This document shows, in pieces, positions 15,369 through 29,227 of a stretch of 64,000 nt of DNA; the stretch's first letter is position 1; the number at the start of each line of letters is the position of its first letter. Under the pieces are notes generated by a model, which saw only the letters and a list, made by a program, of their open reading frames with translations, was not told the DNA's origin and made no database searches. The position numbers were made by a program, and so were the translations under genes. This DNA is from Octopus vulgaris (lineage: Eukaryota): NCBI GenBank assembly GCA_951406725.2, contig OX597838.1, forward strand, positions 29,202,001 through 29,266,000, in the 5' to 3' direction.

Positions 15369-15806
15369 GTATACACTGTTTTTTGTGTCTTCACTTTTCT
15401 TTATTACGCTTATAGATTTTCTGTCTGTTTCTTCTTACGCTCTTCGTACTCTTCCCTGCTGATCCCCGGAGAGTATTTTTCTCGTTATTTATATATTATT
15501 TTCCTTACATTTTGAAATTATTAGCGTGACGATCGAAGACATTTTTCGAAAACATAGTAATCACAGACGCACAAAGTTTTATATATATACATATACATAT
15601 ATATATATATAATATTATTAGAGACAAAACCACTATTTTGCAAAACAAACAAGGAAAGACTTAATCAATACATAAAATTTTAATAAAAATTCAAAAAAAC
15701 CGCCACTACAATTGTTTCTTGTCCTGATCGACAATCTTCAGGTTGACTTCCAATTTTCAAGTCAGTTTCAAATTTCATAATTTGAAACTGACTTGAAAAT
15801 TGAAGT

Positions 15807-15849
15807 CCACCTGAAGATTGTCGATCAGGACAAGAAACAATTGTAGTGG
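15807..15849 (+). ncRNA. minimal hammerhead ribozyme, intact
   Basis: CCAC CTGAAGA TTGTC-GATCAG-GACAA GAAA CAATTG TA GTGG; inverted copy at 15703-15745. Confidence 0.9.
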
Positions 15850-16073
15850 CGGTTTTTTTTGAATTTTTATTAAAATTTTATGTATTGATTAAGTCTTTCC
15901 TTGTTTGTTTTGCAAAATAATGGTTTTGTCTCTAATAATATTATATAATATTTTACTATAAAATTGGATTTAATCCTAAATCTGATTTTTTCCTGTAAAT
16001 TTGGATTTATTCCCTAACATTTATTATATATATATATATACATATACATACATATATATATACATATATATAC

Positions 16074-16184
<111 letters not shown>

Positions 16185-16202
16185 TACATACATATACATA
16201 TG

Positions 16203-16259
<57 letters not shown>

Positions 16260-16498
16260 TAAAGGCCTCTAAAAGAAGAAGCGAGTACTAGATACACAAA
16301 AATTGGATAAATTCAATGAAATGAAAATTAAAAACGTTTACAAACTCGGTTCATCTTATACTGCAGTTTCGTCTTAGAACCCTCTCTGTTTGTCGGGTAT
16401 GTTCTGCGTCTGCGCAATGGTCTGAAAAGTTAGAGAATGCAAGTCAGTAGAGTCGCACATGCTTCTATTGATATGTACTTCTAGGATAACAAAGGCTG

Positions 16499-16568
16499 CT
16501 TACTGAAGAGTCTAGCCTTAGCAGATAAATTATATTTAATGCTGAAAAAGACGAAACTGCAGTATAAG
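16499..16568 (+). ncRNA. minimal hammerhead ribozyme, intact
   Basis: CTTA CTGAAGA GTCT..AGAC GAAA CTGCAG TA TAAG. Confidence 0.9.
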
Positions 16569-16787
16569 ATGAACCGAGTTTGTAAACGTTTTTAATTTTC
16601 ATTTCATTGAATTTATCCAATTTTTGTGTATCTAGTACTCGCTTCTTCTTTTAGAGGCCTTTAATGTACTTATATATGAATAACATATAGCCTAATGGCT
16701 AACGTGTCTTTTGTGCTAGATCACCAGTAATAATAATTTATTTTATTGCCTTTTTACTATGTATATATACATACATATACATATATA

Positions 16788-16896
<109 letters not shown>

Positions 16897-17200
16897 GAGT
16901 CCAAATACTTAAATGTATTTAGGAGATTTTATTAACCTGATCTGCTTTCGGTTGATTTCTGTAGTTATCATCAGTGTATTTTTGACGATTTAAATAAGAG
17001 TTTTGACTGTTATTTCCAGCAGGTAGACATACTTAGTATGTCCTTTGATTAATTTTGATGCTTTTCTTGGGCCTGCAATCATCGCCTGTATTATTGATTA
17101 TGTTATCATTTTTTTTTAAATAGTCATACCAGATAATAACAAAATTAATAATATCTTAGCAAATTAATTTTTCGAGAATTATTTTTTCTCGTGAATTGTT

Positions 17201-17318
<118 letters not shown>

Positions 17319-17368
17319 GTGTGTGTATGCATGTATATATATTATATACATACACATATATGTACGTT

Positions 17369-17431
<63 letters not shown>

Positions 17432-17504
17432 AAGAGATGTAAAAATGCAACACAATTGAGATTTTGGTTTGGAATTTTTCTGTCAACATAACCTGGAGCA
17501 GAGT

Positions 17505-17660
17505 AGAGAGACGCAACGCAACGCAAAAGGAAATGACGTCAGCATGCGGGTGAAGTTAAAAGAACAAAGAGAAACCACACCGAAACCCGCTTCTGCGAAG
17601 CCTCAGAATAAAAAGAGAATTCTTGCTCCAATCAATATGGCCCGCCGGCTGATTCGTATT
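17505..17660. promoter_or_regulatory. candidate promoter or enhancer-like unique segment
   Basis: GGAAATGACGTCA (ETS/CRE-like composite) at about 17529-17541, CCAATCA at about 17627, locally CpG-richer. Confidence 0.25.
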
Positions 17661-18439
17661 GAGTTTATTTTTTTGCCGACGCAGAACATCACAAACGTTT
17701 TACGCTTCTTTTCTTTTTTCTGTTGTTTTTTTTTTTGTTTTTGTTTTCGATTCCACAGTTTTACGAACCGAGTAATTAGTTTGTTTTATAAATTGCCAAT
17801 TATTATTATTTTTTGAATTTCTGTTCTTAATTGATATTTATTTTAGGTTTTTAATTAACCCTTGCAGATCTTGTGTTGAGTCATTTAGTTTTTTATGCGC
17901 AGAAAAAAACCCTCATGTTTTCATGATTTCAACTAGCTCATACGCAAAAGTGATTATAACATGATTACTTACGTGAAAATGCGTGACGTGGTGGTAAAGA
18001 TGTTAGGTTTACGATCCTGAAGTCTCGAGTTCAATTTCTAGGTGTTTCGTTGTGCCGTTGAGCACGACACTTCTTTTCACGTTGCTGTATATAACTTAGC
18101 GGTTCGGTAAAAGTAACCGATAGAATAAGTACTAGGCTCACAGAAAATAAGCCTTGGGGTCGATTTCTTCGACAAAAGGCTGTGCTCCAGCATGGCAGCA
18201 GCCAAATGACAGAAACAAGTAAAAAAAGAAAAGAATATATATATATATATATCAGCATGGCCGCAGCTCTGAGCTGAAACTAGAGAAGAAAAAAAAAAAA
18301 AAAAAATATATATATCACAATCAAGGAACGGCCATAATAGGCCATTCACCCACTAGAAATAACAGCCAAAGCTTCAACCGCAAAATAACATTAATTCCGC
18401 AAACCAGGAGAAAATTAAAAAAAACATTTACCCTGTAGT

Positions 18440-18542
18440 TTCTTATACGATGCACCGTTTCATCTATTGTTTAATGGTAAACTAACCTGATTAAATTAAA
18501 TCAAGCCAATCTTCCATAGGCCGATAGATTCGTCAGTAAGAA
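18440..18542 (-). ncRNA. hammerhead ribozyme, copy 1 of tandem pair
   Basis: Minus: TTCTTA CTGACGA ATCTAT..ATAGAT GAAA CGGTGCATCG TA TAAGAA. Confidence 0.88.
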
Positions 18543-18927
18543 GCAGCCAGATCGGAACAGATATTATCACGAGGCACTTCCATCCCTGCCTCGGCAATAT
18601 CTGACCTAAAATTTTCAAATCATCGCACTCGCGCCAAATTTATCGGCAGCAAATAAATATAAGCCGCCGATTCCATTACGGAATTAACCAGAAAATTCAT
18701 AATTAATCAATATAGGGTGGCAAAAAATTTTGTAGAATTTTTTTGCCACCAGCGGCCTAGTGGGAAAAAATTAAATAGTCATAGACCATTTATAAGTTCA
18801 ACATCACAATCAAGGAACGGCCATAATAGGCCATTCACCCACTAGAAATAACAGCCAAAGCTTCAACCTCAAAATAACATTAATTCCGCAAACCCGGAGA
18901 AAAATTAATAATCATTTACCCTGTAGT

Positions 18928-19030
18928 TTCTTATACGATGCACCGTTTCATCTATTGTTTAATGGTAAACTAACCTGATTAAATTAAATCAAGCCAATCT
19001 TCCATAGGCCGATAGATTCGTCAGTAAGAA
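18928..19030 (-). ncRNA. hammerhead ribozyme, copy 2 of tandem pair
   Basis: Same motif 488 bp from copy 1, within direct repeats at about 18313-18677 and 18802-19166. Confidence 0.88.
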
Positions 19031-19257
19031 GCAGCCAGATCGGAACAGATATTATCACGAGGCACTTCCATCCCTGCCTCGGCAATATCTGACCTAAAAT
19101 TTTCAAATCATCGCACTCGCGCCAAATTTATCGGCAGCAAATAAATATAAGCCGCCGATTCCATTAATTTTTTCCCACTAGGCCGCTGGTGGCAAAAAAT
19201 TCTACAAAATTTTTTGCCACCCTATATTGATTAATTATATATATATATATATATAAG

Positions 19258-19597
19258 GGTAAAGACCCCCTTCGGTCATGAATGACCATGGGATTGCACC
19301 TAGAAAGTTACCCTCCTAGACACAAGTCCGGGCAAGGTTGTTTATGGAAGGCTAGCAGTCGCCCATTCATACCAGCCTCCCCTCTCCACGCCACCAGTGT
19401 TATCCAAGGGAAAGACAAAGGTCGATACAGCTTGGCACCAGAGACGTCGCAACTCATTTCTACAGCTGAGTGAACTGGAGCAACGTGAAATAAAATGCCT
19501 TGCTCGAGAACACAACACGCAGCCCGGTCCGGGATTCGAGCTCACAACCTCACGATCGTAAGCTCGACGCTCTAACCACTGAGCCATGCGCCTTCAC
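19258..19597 (-). mobile_element. tRNA-derived SINE (family C head, distinct tail), near full length
   Basis: Minus starts GAAGGCGCATGGCTCAGTGGTTAGAGCG..GAGCTCGAATCCC; tail also at 39905-40150(+). Confidence 0.85.
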
Positions 19598-19625
19598 TAA
19601 AAATAGTGAAGCCATGCGCCTTCAC

Positions 19626-19670
<45 letters not shown>

Positions 19671-20682
19671 AGGTAGATAGATAAATATCGATATAGATAT
19701 AGACATACGTATGTATTTATATGCGTGTGTATATGCTTTTACGTATGTTTTATATACCAAAGTGTCTGCTTGTATGTGGTTGCTCCCCATCACTTCGTGA
19801 CAACAGCTGTAAGCTTGTTTACGTCTGCTTAACTTAGCGTTTTGCCAAAAGAGACCGATAGCAGTAGATTTTTTTTTTAAAAGTAAGTACTAGAGTCGAT
19901 TTGTTCGACTACCACTCGATACCACTCTTCGTGGTGGTGCCCCAGCATTGCCGCAATCCAAAGAGTGGTACGAATAAAAGATAAAAGACAAGAAGAAACG
20001 ATATCATGGGGTTTCGAAAGCGCTAAAAAATCTTTGATTTGTCAGGTTAATATAATTACATTAAACGTCAAACATTCCGCTGAGAAAATCTCTTGTTTTG
20101 TTTGAAAAGCTGTCTTTAAATAAGCTTAGTAAAGAAGCTCAGAGATGCAGCAGAACGAGATCGGGCAACAAACGATACTGAATATATTTATTTTTAGTTT
20201 TAGTTTTTTATTTTGCTTTCATTATGGCAAAAATCGATAAAACTTCAGGCTGTTGGTCATCAGCTGCTGAAACAAACGACACCATTGTGCAGGTGATATC
20301 AAAGAACAATGAAAATAAAGAAACACGCTGAATTCCGTCTTCGCACAAATACTTAAATGCCAATGGCGAAGGAGATATCTTTGCCATCTATTCGTCCACC
20401 CACTATTCCTGGGTTAATAACGAACAGTGAGAACAAGAGCTCAACATCGCATTGGTGGAGAAATATTCTTCATTTCTGGGTTAACAAGGGTTGACATTGG
20501 TTTCATGCCGAGAGAAGATTTCTCAGCAGTTATCAAGCTTGCCACATACGACGTTGGTACACGTTTCCATCTTGGAGGAGAATATACTAAGCTACACGAA
20601 ACTGTACGGGATTCGGGAATAAAGAAATAAATATACACATCGTGGGAGACAGCTCCTAATTGTTGTGTGTGGTGTGTGTGTA

Positions 20683-20735
<53 letters not shown>

Positions 20736-21775
20736 TTAGGTGGGGGTGTATGCAGGCGCGCGTGTGTATTTGTGTATTAAGGCTACCATTGGTTTCACGT
20801 TAAGAAAATATTTCAATATTTTGAGACGAAACCAATGGTAGCTTTAATATACAAATAAATAAATTTTATCCACCAAAGCGGTGTGGAACGCTCATTCTTA
20901 TGGTTCGATATTTATGTATATACATATATATATATATATTGTTTATCTCTTTTACTTGCTTCAGTCATTTGACTGCGGCCATGCTGGAGCACCGCCTTTA
21001 GCTGAACAAACCGACCCCCAGGACTTATTCTTTGTAAGCCTAGTAATTATTCTATCGGTCTCTTTTACCGAACCGCTATGTTATGGGTACGTAAACACAC
21101 CAGCATTGGTTGTCAAGCGATGGTGGAGAGACAAACACAGACACACAAGTACACACACACACACACACATCTATCTAATTTCCTCACAAGGCCTTGAGCG
21201 GCCCGTGGTTTTAGTAAAAGACATTTGATCAACGTGAACCCTTCTTAACACACAACCAGGCTTGCACCAATATTGGAAGAAAGAAAAAAAAAGAAAGAAA
21301 GACAGAGAAGCTAATCGGAGGAATGTTGAATCACGGAAAGCCACGGCTCCGATAACGAAGTGGAACGGTGGATTCTTAAATTTAATAACATTCGGGAAGC
21401 GCTTGCGGAAAATGGTGAAGAATGCATGTGCAAACAAACTGTAAATGCGTAAAGAAAATTATTGCCGATAATAAGCAGCCATGCAGAGAAATATTGAAGA
21501 GTCATATAACTTGTTTAATTAAGTTGATCGTTTCTCATTGGGGATGGTCGTAAGGAGCGTGGTATGTGAGCATAAAAAGTGGTGGCAGTGAAGACGAATT
21601 TCATTGTTCAATAAAATCGAACTGATTTTAAAGTTTGTAAGCTTGTTGAAAGAAAAAACAAATAGTTATACGAAGGCAATCTATAACTTGCCTTCTCCTT
21701 AATGAAGAGGGGGATGGGAAAACTTTAGTAAAACACACACATACACACACACACACACATATATATACATATATG

Positions 21776-21808
<33 letters not shown>

Positions 21809-21915
21809 GTGTGTGTGTGTATGTGTGTGTTTATATATATGCATATATATACATGTATAGGTATGCAATATACATATATTCATTTTTTAATATACATTTT
21901 AGTATGTGTATATAG

Positions 21916-21991
<76 letters not shown>

Positions 21992-22010
21992 TGACTGATA
22001 GCTCGATAGC

Positions 22011-22048
<38 letters not shown>

Positions 22049-23108
22049 CACATGTCAACAAGGCTACCACTGGAAACATTCGACAATTATCAAACCTGTT
22101 ACATGAAATGCTGGGATTGTTTTCAATTTGTGACCGACTGATCGAGTACGATTGAGAAAGATGTTTCTACTCGTCAGGGTTGGCTCAACAAAGCTGGTCT
22201 TGTAAGTAAGACAACCGGGCCACAATGTCGAACATTTGCTCTGTCTTATAATGGATAACTTCGTCACGAGATATATTTATTTGCCAATGCAGACATCAGC
22301 CATTTTCTTTTTCTCCAATCAATGCTGACGAATTTACCAATACAATCAACAAAGAACAACTTATTTTATGTCTTCTTGATTCGATAGATGCACGATTTTC
22401 AATAATATGGAACTCCTATTATTGCTCGCTAGACATAAAAGCTTGAGCAATGATTTCAGCCATAATAGATGCTTTTTTAATTTTAAATCACTCTCTCTAC
22501 CTCTTCCATTCTCTCCCTCTTCCATTCTCTCCCTCTTCCTTTCTCTCCCTCTTCCTCTCTCTCTTCCTCTTCCTCTCTCTCTGTACACACACACACACTT
22601 TGAGTATATGTCAACAAGGCTACCGCTGGTTCCATGCCGAGAGGAAACATTCGACAATTACCAAACCTGTTACATCTGATAGCAACTACGTTTACGCAAA
22701 TATCGGGGCATATCATTTGACAAGCCTAGCAAAATACTTGGCGATCTGGGGATCAGTGTAACCAACAGTTTGAAGGAACTTAGAAGCTTTAACAGCACAT
22801 CTTTATTGCTACACACACAATCTTTATGTCTGAACGTGAAGGAAATTACAATAATGGTAACCTCTCGTAGTCCGGAGAAAGATGGTTTTACAATTTCATG
22901 CTGAACAACGCTTCATTGATGATATGTTTATAGTGATGAAATGCTTGTGCCGTACATTAACGCCCTCCCCCAATCAAGTCGATGTTGCTAGTACAGGTGT
23001 ATGGTGTATCACACGTCAGGTGTTGGAGTGGTCGTAGGCCAAAGTAAGACGTAGTGTTTTGGTGAAGAACACAGTGCATCACCTACATTTACTTTTTTTT
23101 TGGTTTAT

Positions 23109-23223
<115 letters not shown>

Positions 23224-24411
23224 CATATATACAGCTGAGTGGACTGAGGCAACGTGAAATAAAATATTTTGCTCAAAAACATAACACACCGCTCGATCTG
23301 GAAATTGAATCCATCATCTTATGATCCTAAGAGCAACATCCTAACCACGCGCCTTCACTTTTGCATAATAGGAACGGTGTAAATGAATTCCAAGTTCAAA
23401 TTAAAATGTCTGATTTCCTTTTTGGATTAAATCATGTATAGAACTTCAACCCACATTGAGACGAAGACACCGAAGTCAATTCAAGCAGCAAAAATGTCTT
23501 TAATGAATGGGGAAAGGATAAATGAAATCATTAAACGAGTTTAGAACAATGAAAACTGAAGAATCAGTTGATATGGAAGGCAGAGATATTCCATGTTCGC
23601 CATAGAATCAGCATTAGCAAAGAAACAAAGATCTATAGAAAACTGAGAGGGGAATTAGTGAAGGAACATTTCCGCTGACGGTATGAGATCATTATGGCAA
23701 GTTTATTGTGAAGCGGTGGAGTCTTTTATCGACCAATTCTTTGATTAGGTGAGTTAAAAGAAGTATTCAAGACTGGAACCATTGCTTCTAAAGCGGATCA
23801 ACAAAGAAAATATCTCATCAGGAATCAATTTTATTAAGAAAAGATACGACGCCGATCACATCGGCATTAGTTCTTTGATAACGCAATTTCCGACATTTGA
23901 AGTCCCGATCTGACAGATTCGTGTTTGTTGTTTGCTTGGCATTGTAAACCATCTGATTGAATGAAGAAAAAACAGCCGATGGCAAATACCTAATTTCAGA
24001 GATTTGTAGAATTTGCCAATTTTTACTTGTAATTCCTGCAACATCTGTAACGATCGAGCGAATATTTTTCTCTAACAAAACGGATTAAAGATACGTCTTC
24101 TTCGCTCAAACAATGACACGAGAGAAATTAAATTCTCTGGTTTTACTTTCGTATCACGAAGAATAGACAGACAAGATAAACATAATTGCAACAGCTACGG
24201 AATTCAATTCTCTAAATGAGAAGACAGAAAAAGAATTTCGGCGGAGTCTGATTAATTTGATAATAAATTGAGTTGAATAATAAAGTTTCATAATAACGAA
24301 TGTTTTTCAAATATACAATAACGATATTTTAGTCAACGTACGGTACAAATTTTAATCAATATCATACAAACAAACGTTGGGAAATAGCACAGGTTTCGGT
24401 TACTCTCTCTC

Positions 24412-24792
24412 TCTTTTACTTGTTTCAGACATTTGACTGCGGCCATGCTGGAGCACCGCCTTTAATCGAGCAACTCGACCCCGGGACTTATTCTTTGTAA
24501 GCCCAGTACTTATTCTATCGGTCTCTTTTGCCGAACCGCTAAGTGACGGGGACATAAACACACCAGCATCGGTTGTCAAGCAATGCTAGGGGGACAAACA
24601 CAGACACACAAACATATATATATATACATATATACGACGGGCTTCTTTCAGTTTCCGTCTACCAAATCCACTCACAAGGCATTGGTCGGCCCGAGGTTAT
24701 CGTAGAAGACACTTGCCCAAGGTGCCACGCAGTGAGACTGAACCTGGAACCATGTGGTTGGTAAGCAAGCTACTTACCACACAGCCACTCCT
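24412..24792 (-). mobile_element. SINE family A, full length
   Basis: Complete head to tail; other copies at 20945-21230, 27000-27422, 32240-32450, 33228-33380, 50971-51372 (all minus) and 51858-52245 (plus). Confidence 0.9.
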
Positions 24793-25019
24793 TGCAGAAA
24801 AGTGATGTAATTTTCCTTTTTTTATTTCCGAGCTGAACATACAGGTATTTCATTTGTTTTTGTTTTTTAAATTAACCCTCTTCAACGTGAGCCCTTGCAC
24901 CTAACTTTACCTTCCGCCTAGGTCCCTGAGCATGAAAATAAATAGTTGTATGTCGAGCTCAAGAGTAACGATTGCCAGGAGACTAACGGTCAGAATCACA
25001 AAAAGAATAAAGTTCAAGA

Positions 25020-25900
25020 GAATAACAATAACACACAGTGTAAGGAGAGGGATTGCTCAATGCCTAAAACATCGAGCAAAGAATATAATTAGCGTTCGTG
25101 CTGCCCACCACGAAGAAATGATCAAGCTCAGTAACAATCTGTTAAGCAACAACTATCCCAAAAACATACTATCCACTCCAATTATGAAGAAAAGAGAGGA
25201 TGAAACCAATAAACTGTCCACAGTCTGTCTACCCTATGTGAAAGGCCTCTCCGAAAAGATACAAAAGATATGCGTCCGATATGACATTAGGACAGTATTC
25301 AAGAGTGATACAACACTCCTTCGATTAAAACCACCAATAGAAGAGAATATGACCAAAAACTGCCTGTACTCCATCCTGGCAGAAACGTTAGCACGTCGGG
25401 CGAAATGCTCAGCAGTATTTCGTCTGTCGCTACGTTCTGAGTTCAAATTCTCCCGAGGTCGACTTTGCCTTTCATCCTTTCGGGGTCGATTAAATAAGTA
25501 CCAGTTACGCACTGGGGTCGATGTAATCGACTTAATCCGTTTGTCTGTCCTTGCTTGTCCCCTCAGTGTTTAGCCCCTTGTGGGTAGTAAAGAAATAGGT
25601 AGGTTATACAAAGGCGAAACTGGCCGCCTCCTCAAAATAAGGGTAAAGGAACATCGCAAAGCTGTGACACGAGATATTGATGAATCGATTACAGCTGATC
25701 ACGTATGGAAAAATGGAGACCACCTCTCCCTGTGGGATGACGCTAAATTAATAGACAGAGAACAGCAGTGGAAAATACGACAACTAAAAGAAGCAGCACA
25801 TATGCTAGAACACAACAACCTCCTAAGCAGACTGAGTGCAGATATGAGCAGCATATGGGAACCGGTATTAAGAAAGGATAGGAAAATATTAGATTTATAA
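25020..25900 (+). mobile_element. Penelope-like element C-terminus (RT thumb/linker plus GIY-YIG), interrupted by SINE B at about 25377-25600
   Basis: NNYP..CLPYVKGLSEKI..KNCLYSI | YKGETGRLLKIRVKEH..ADHVW..WDDAKLIDRE..RQLKEA. Confidence 0.85.
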
Positions 25901-26120
25901 TTTCGAATGGAATGAATCGAAATTTTATCCCGAATAGTGGTTTGGAATTTAACTGTCATCTCTAGCGTGCAGGTAGTCCTGTGATGGATACCTCTTTTGT
26001 GTTTAAATGTACACTGTATGTATATGAATAATATATAATATAGTCTATTGACTAAATTTTTTACACGCTAGGCCACTGGTAATGGCAATTTCTAATATTT
26101 CAGATTACCCTTTGATATCA

Positions 26121-26184
<64 letters not shown>

Positions 26185-27223
26185 AGCCAAAACACCTAAA
26201 GCTCCACGAGGCTCCGGCAGGGAGTGGTGGCGATCCCTGTTGTACTCTTTCTCCACAACTTTCTCTCACTCTTTCTTCTGTTGGCCTGCTCGCTTAGCCA
26301 GCGGGGTAGCGTCATTTGAAGGCTAAAACAATGCGAAGCGCATTGTGACCAGCGATGTGTAGCAACATCTGATGGCCTGGTCGGTCACGGTGATCACGGT
26401 GATATATATTGAGCTGTTGTCTCAATGGTCTTGTGGGTAAAGACATGGACACAGCAACACATATACCCCTTGGACAAAGGTTCAATCTTTGTAAAAGTAT
26501 TTAGCGTTTATAATGGCGGTGCCGCAGCATGGCCACAGCTTGTGAGCTGAAACTAGATAAAAATAAAAAAATAAAAATAAATATATATATATACATATGC
26601 GTGTATGTTTGTATGTATATGTCTGTGTGCATGTGCGTATGCGTGTATGCCTGTTTGAATATAACCCATCACGTGTCGAGTGTTCTGTGTTTCCGTAGTT
26701 GCATCACAGACGGTAGAATATTCCAGATGATGGATTCGCCTGCCTCCCTGCGTTGACAAGGTGTCTCTTCGTGCTCTGTGAGAATAGCTTATTAAATGAA
26801 ACGCAGGAAATAATTATGTTATATTTGATATACAATATAATATAATATACATAGGTTCATATACACTATAACGTTATATTCACAGATTTGTATACAATAT
26901 GACATGATACATGTATAGTTATGCATAAAATTCTACTCTTTCGTTTATGGAAGAGCTGTTCATTTTCTCATCATACACGAACATAGAAATAAAATGGCTT
27001 ACTCTTTTACTCTTTTACTTGTTTCAGTCATTTGATTGCGGCCATGCTGGAGCACCGCCTTTTAGTCGAGCAAATCGACCCCGGGACTTATCTTTTGTAA
27101 GCCCCGTACTTATTCTATCGGTCTCTTTTGCGGAACCGCTAAGTGACACCAGCTAAGTGACACGGTTGTCAAGCAATGCTTGGGGGACAAAACACAGACA
27201 CACAAACACACACACACACACAC

Positions 27224-27270
<47 letters not shown>

Positions 27271-27710
27271 CGACAGGCTTCTTTCAGTTTCCGTCTACCA
27301 AATCCACTCACAAGGCATTGGTCGGCCCGGAGCTATAGCAGAAGACACTTGCCCAAGGTGCCACGCAGTGGGACTGAACCCGGAACCATGTGGCTGGTAA
27401 GCAAGCTACTTACCACACAGCCTGGCTATCTATGAATGCGTTATATCTAAAATGTGAACTGTGCCATCGAAAATGCACATACACTCACTCACTCACTCAC
27501 TCACTCACTCACTCACTCACACGCTCACTTGCTCATACACTCACATCCACTCACAAAGCATGCACACACACACACACACACAGATGCGTTGGTGGCGTTT
27601 AATGTTTCATTGTTGTACGGTATTTGTCAGTCTTCAACACCTCTGAGTAAATAGACAAATAAATAGATAGATAGACAGAGAGAGAGAGAGAGACACACAC
27701 ACACACACAC

Positions 27711-27780
<70 letters not shown>

Positions 27781-27823
27781 GTAGGTAGGTAGATCGATAC
27801 ATAGATACACAGACAGACAGACT

Positions 27824-27885
<62 letters not shown>

Positions 27886-27922
27886 AAAACAGATAAATAG
27901 ACAGACTGATAAACAGACTGGC

Positions 27923-27988
<66 letters not shown>

Positions 27989-28002
27989 TCAGAGAGAGAA
28001 AG

Positions 28003-28041
<39 letters not shown>

Positions 28042-28056
28042 CAGACAAATAGACAG

Positions 28057-28104
<48 letters not shown>

Positions 28105-28114
28105 CAGTAGACAG

Positions 28115-28170
<56 letters not shown>

Positions 28171-28799
28171 CAGACAAACAAACAAACAGATATAAATTTC
28201 GATGCGAAGTATCAGAATGTTTTGCTATACATACAATAGAGTGTAACTTATGAACTCTATTTGGAAACACTAAATTATGGAAAAAAACAACAACCAAAAA
28301 CAAACAAACAAAACAACTGCTTTACTTACTAGTTAATACGATTCACATTGAAAGAAATCCATAAAGCAATATATTTTGAATTTGAAAGGATTTATACAAA
28401 TAAGTATTGTACACATGTTTCAATAATCAAGTGATTAAACGTTTGTATATTAAATACCAATCATTACATTAGCAATTGAAAATTTAGATAAACGTTGAAT
28501 ATGTTAAATAGATGTGGAAAATGTTAAATAAATATCAAAATTTCTTCGTTTTTAACATTTCTTTAAATTTCAATTGATGAAGAAATTTTGGTTGGTTATT
28601 ATATAAATATATGTATTATACATCCATTACTGAAGTGTGTGCGCGTGTTTGCTCACGTGGCTCCCACGTGACCATCGGCCATCTTTCTTTCTTTCTCTCC
28701 GTTGTAGCTGTCTTTCTGTCCAAGCTTGATTTATGCGTTCGCCACCACAACCTTGTTTAGGCTTGGCAGCTCTTCCTGTTTGTTTTCACTGTCCTGTTT

Positions 28800-29100
28800 G
28801 TGTTACCAATTTTGACCCTCTGCAAAAATCCCAAATTTTATTTAATTTGCTTTGCGAAACCGTTTTATTTAATTTGCTTTGCGAAAGCGTATATTGTTGT
28901 TAAATGCTCGAAATACGAGACTAGGTAAACAGCCAACAACTGCTGAAGGGTTGTTCTTTATGTTGTTTGTTTTGTTTCCCATTTGTGTCTTTCGTTGTTG
29001 GAAAGAATAGTTTATGTTCTATGTACTCATGCTTCGTACTTTTTTGTTGTACACATTTCGTGACGTCCTGTGCCCACATATGCATATATACTATAGATGT
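28800..29100 (+). repeat. unclassified dispersed repeat
   Basis: GCAAAAATCCCAAAT..TTTAATTTGCTTTGCG..TGAAGGG..GTTCTTTATGTTG recurs at 38660-38940. Confidence 0.6.
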
Positions 29101-29227
29101 AAGTATGTACATATACGTATGTATACATGCATATATATATTATATTATATTATATTATTATATTATATTATATTATATTATATTATAATATTATTATATT
29201 ATATTATATTATATTATATTATATTGT

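Noticed and set aside
19520-19597. tRNA gene
   Set aside because: tRNA-like head continues into a SINE body found in multiple copies; same for 32912 and 29228
20210-20270. Minus-strand CTGATGA .. GAAA as a hammerhead
   Set aside because: No pairing stem I, II or III and no UH site
22050-23000. Possible DNA transposase remnants (MDNF, DSNYVYANIGAY) between two copies of a ~55-bp repeat
   Set aside because: Motifs too short to assign to piggyBac or Harbinger without a search
23400-24110. Possible decayed LINE on the minus strand
   Set aside because: No convincing motif could be read
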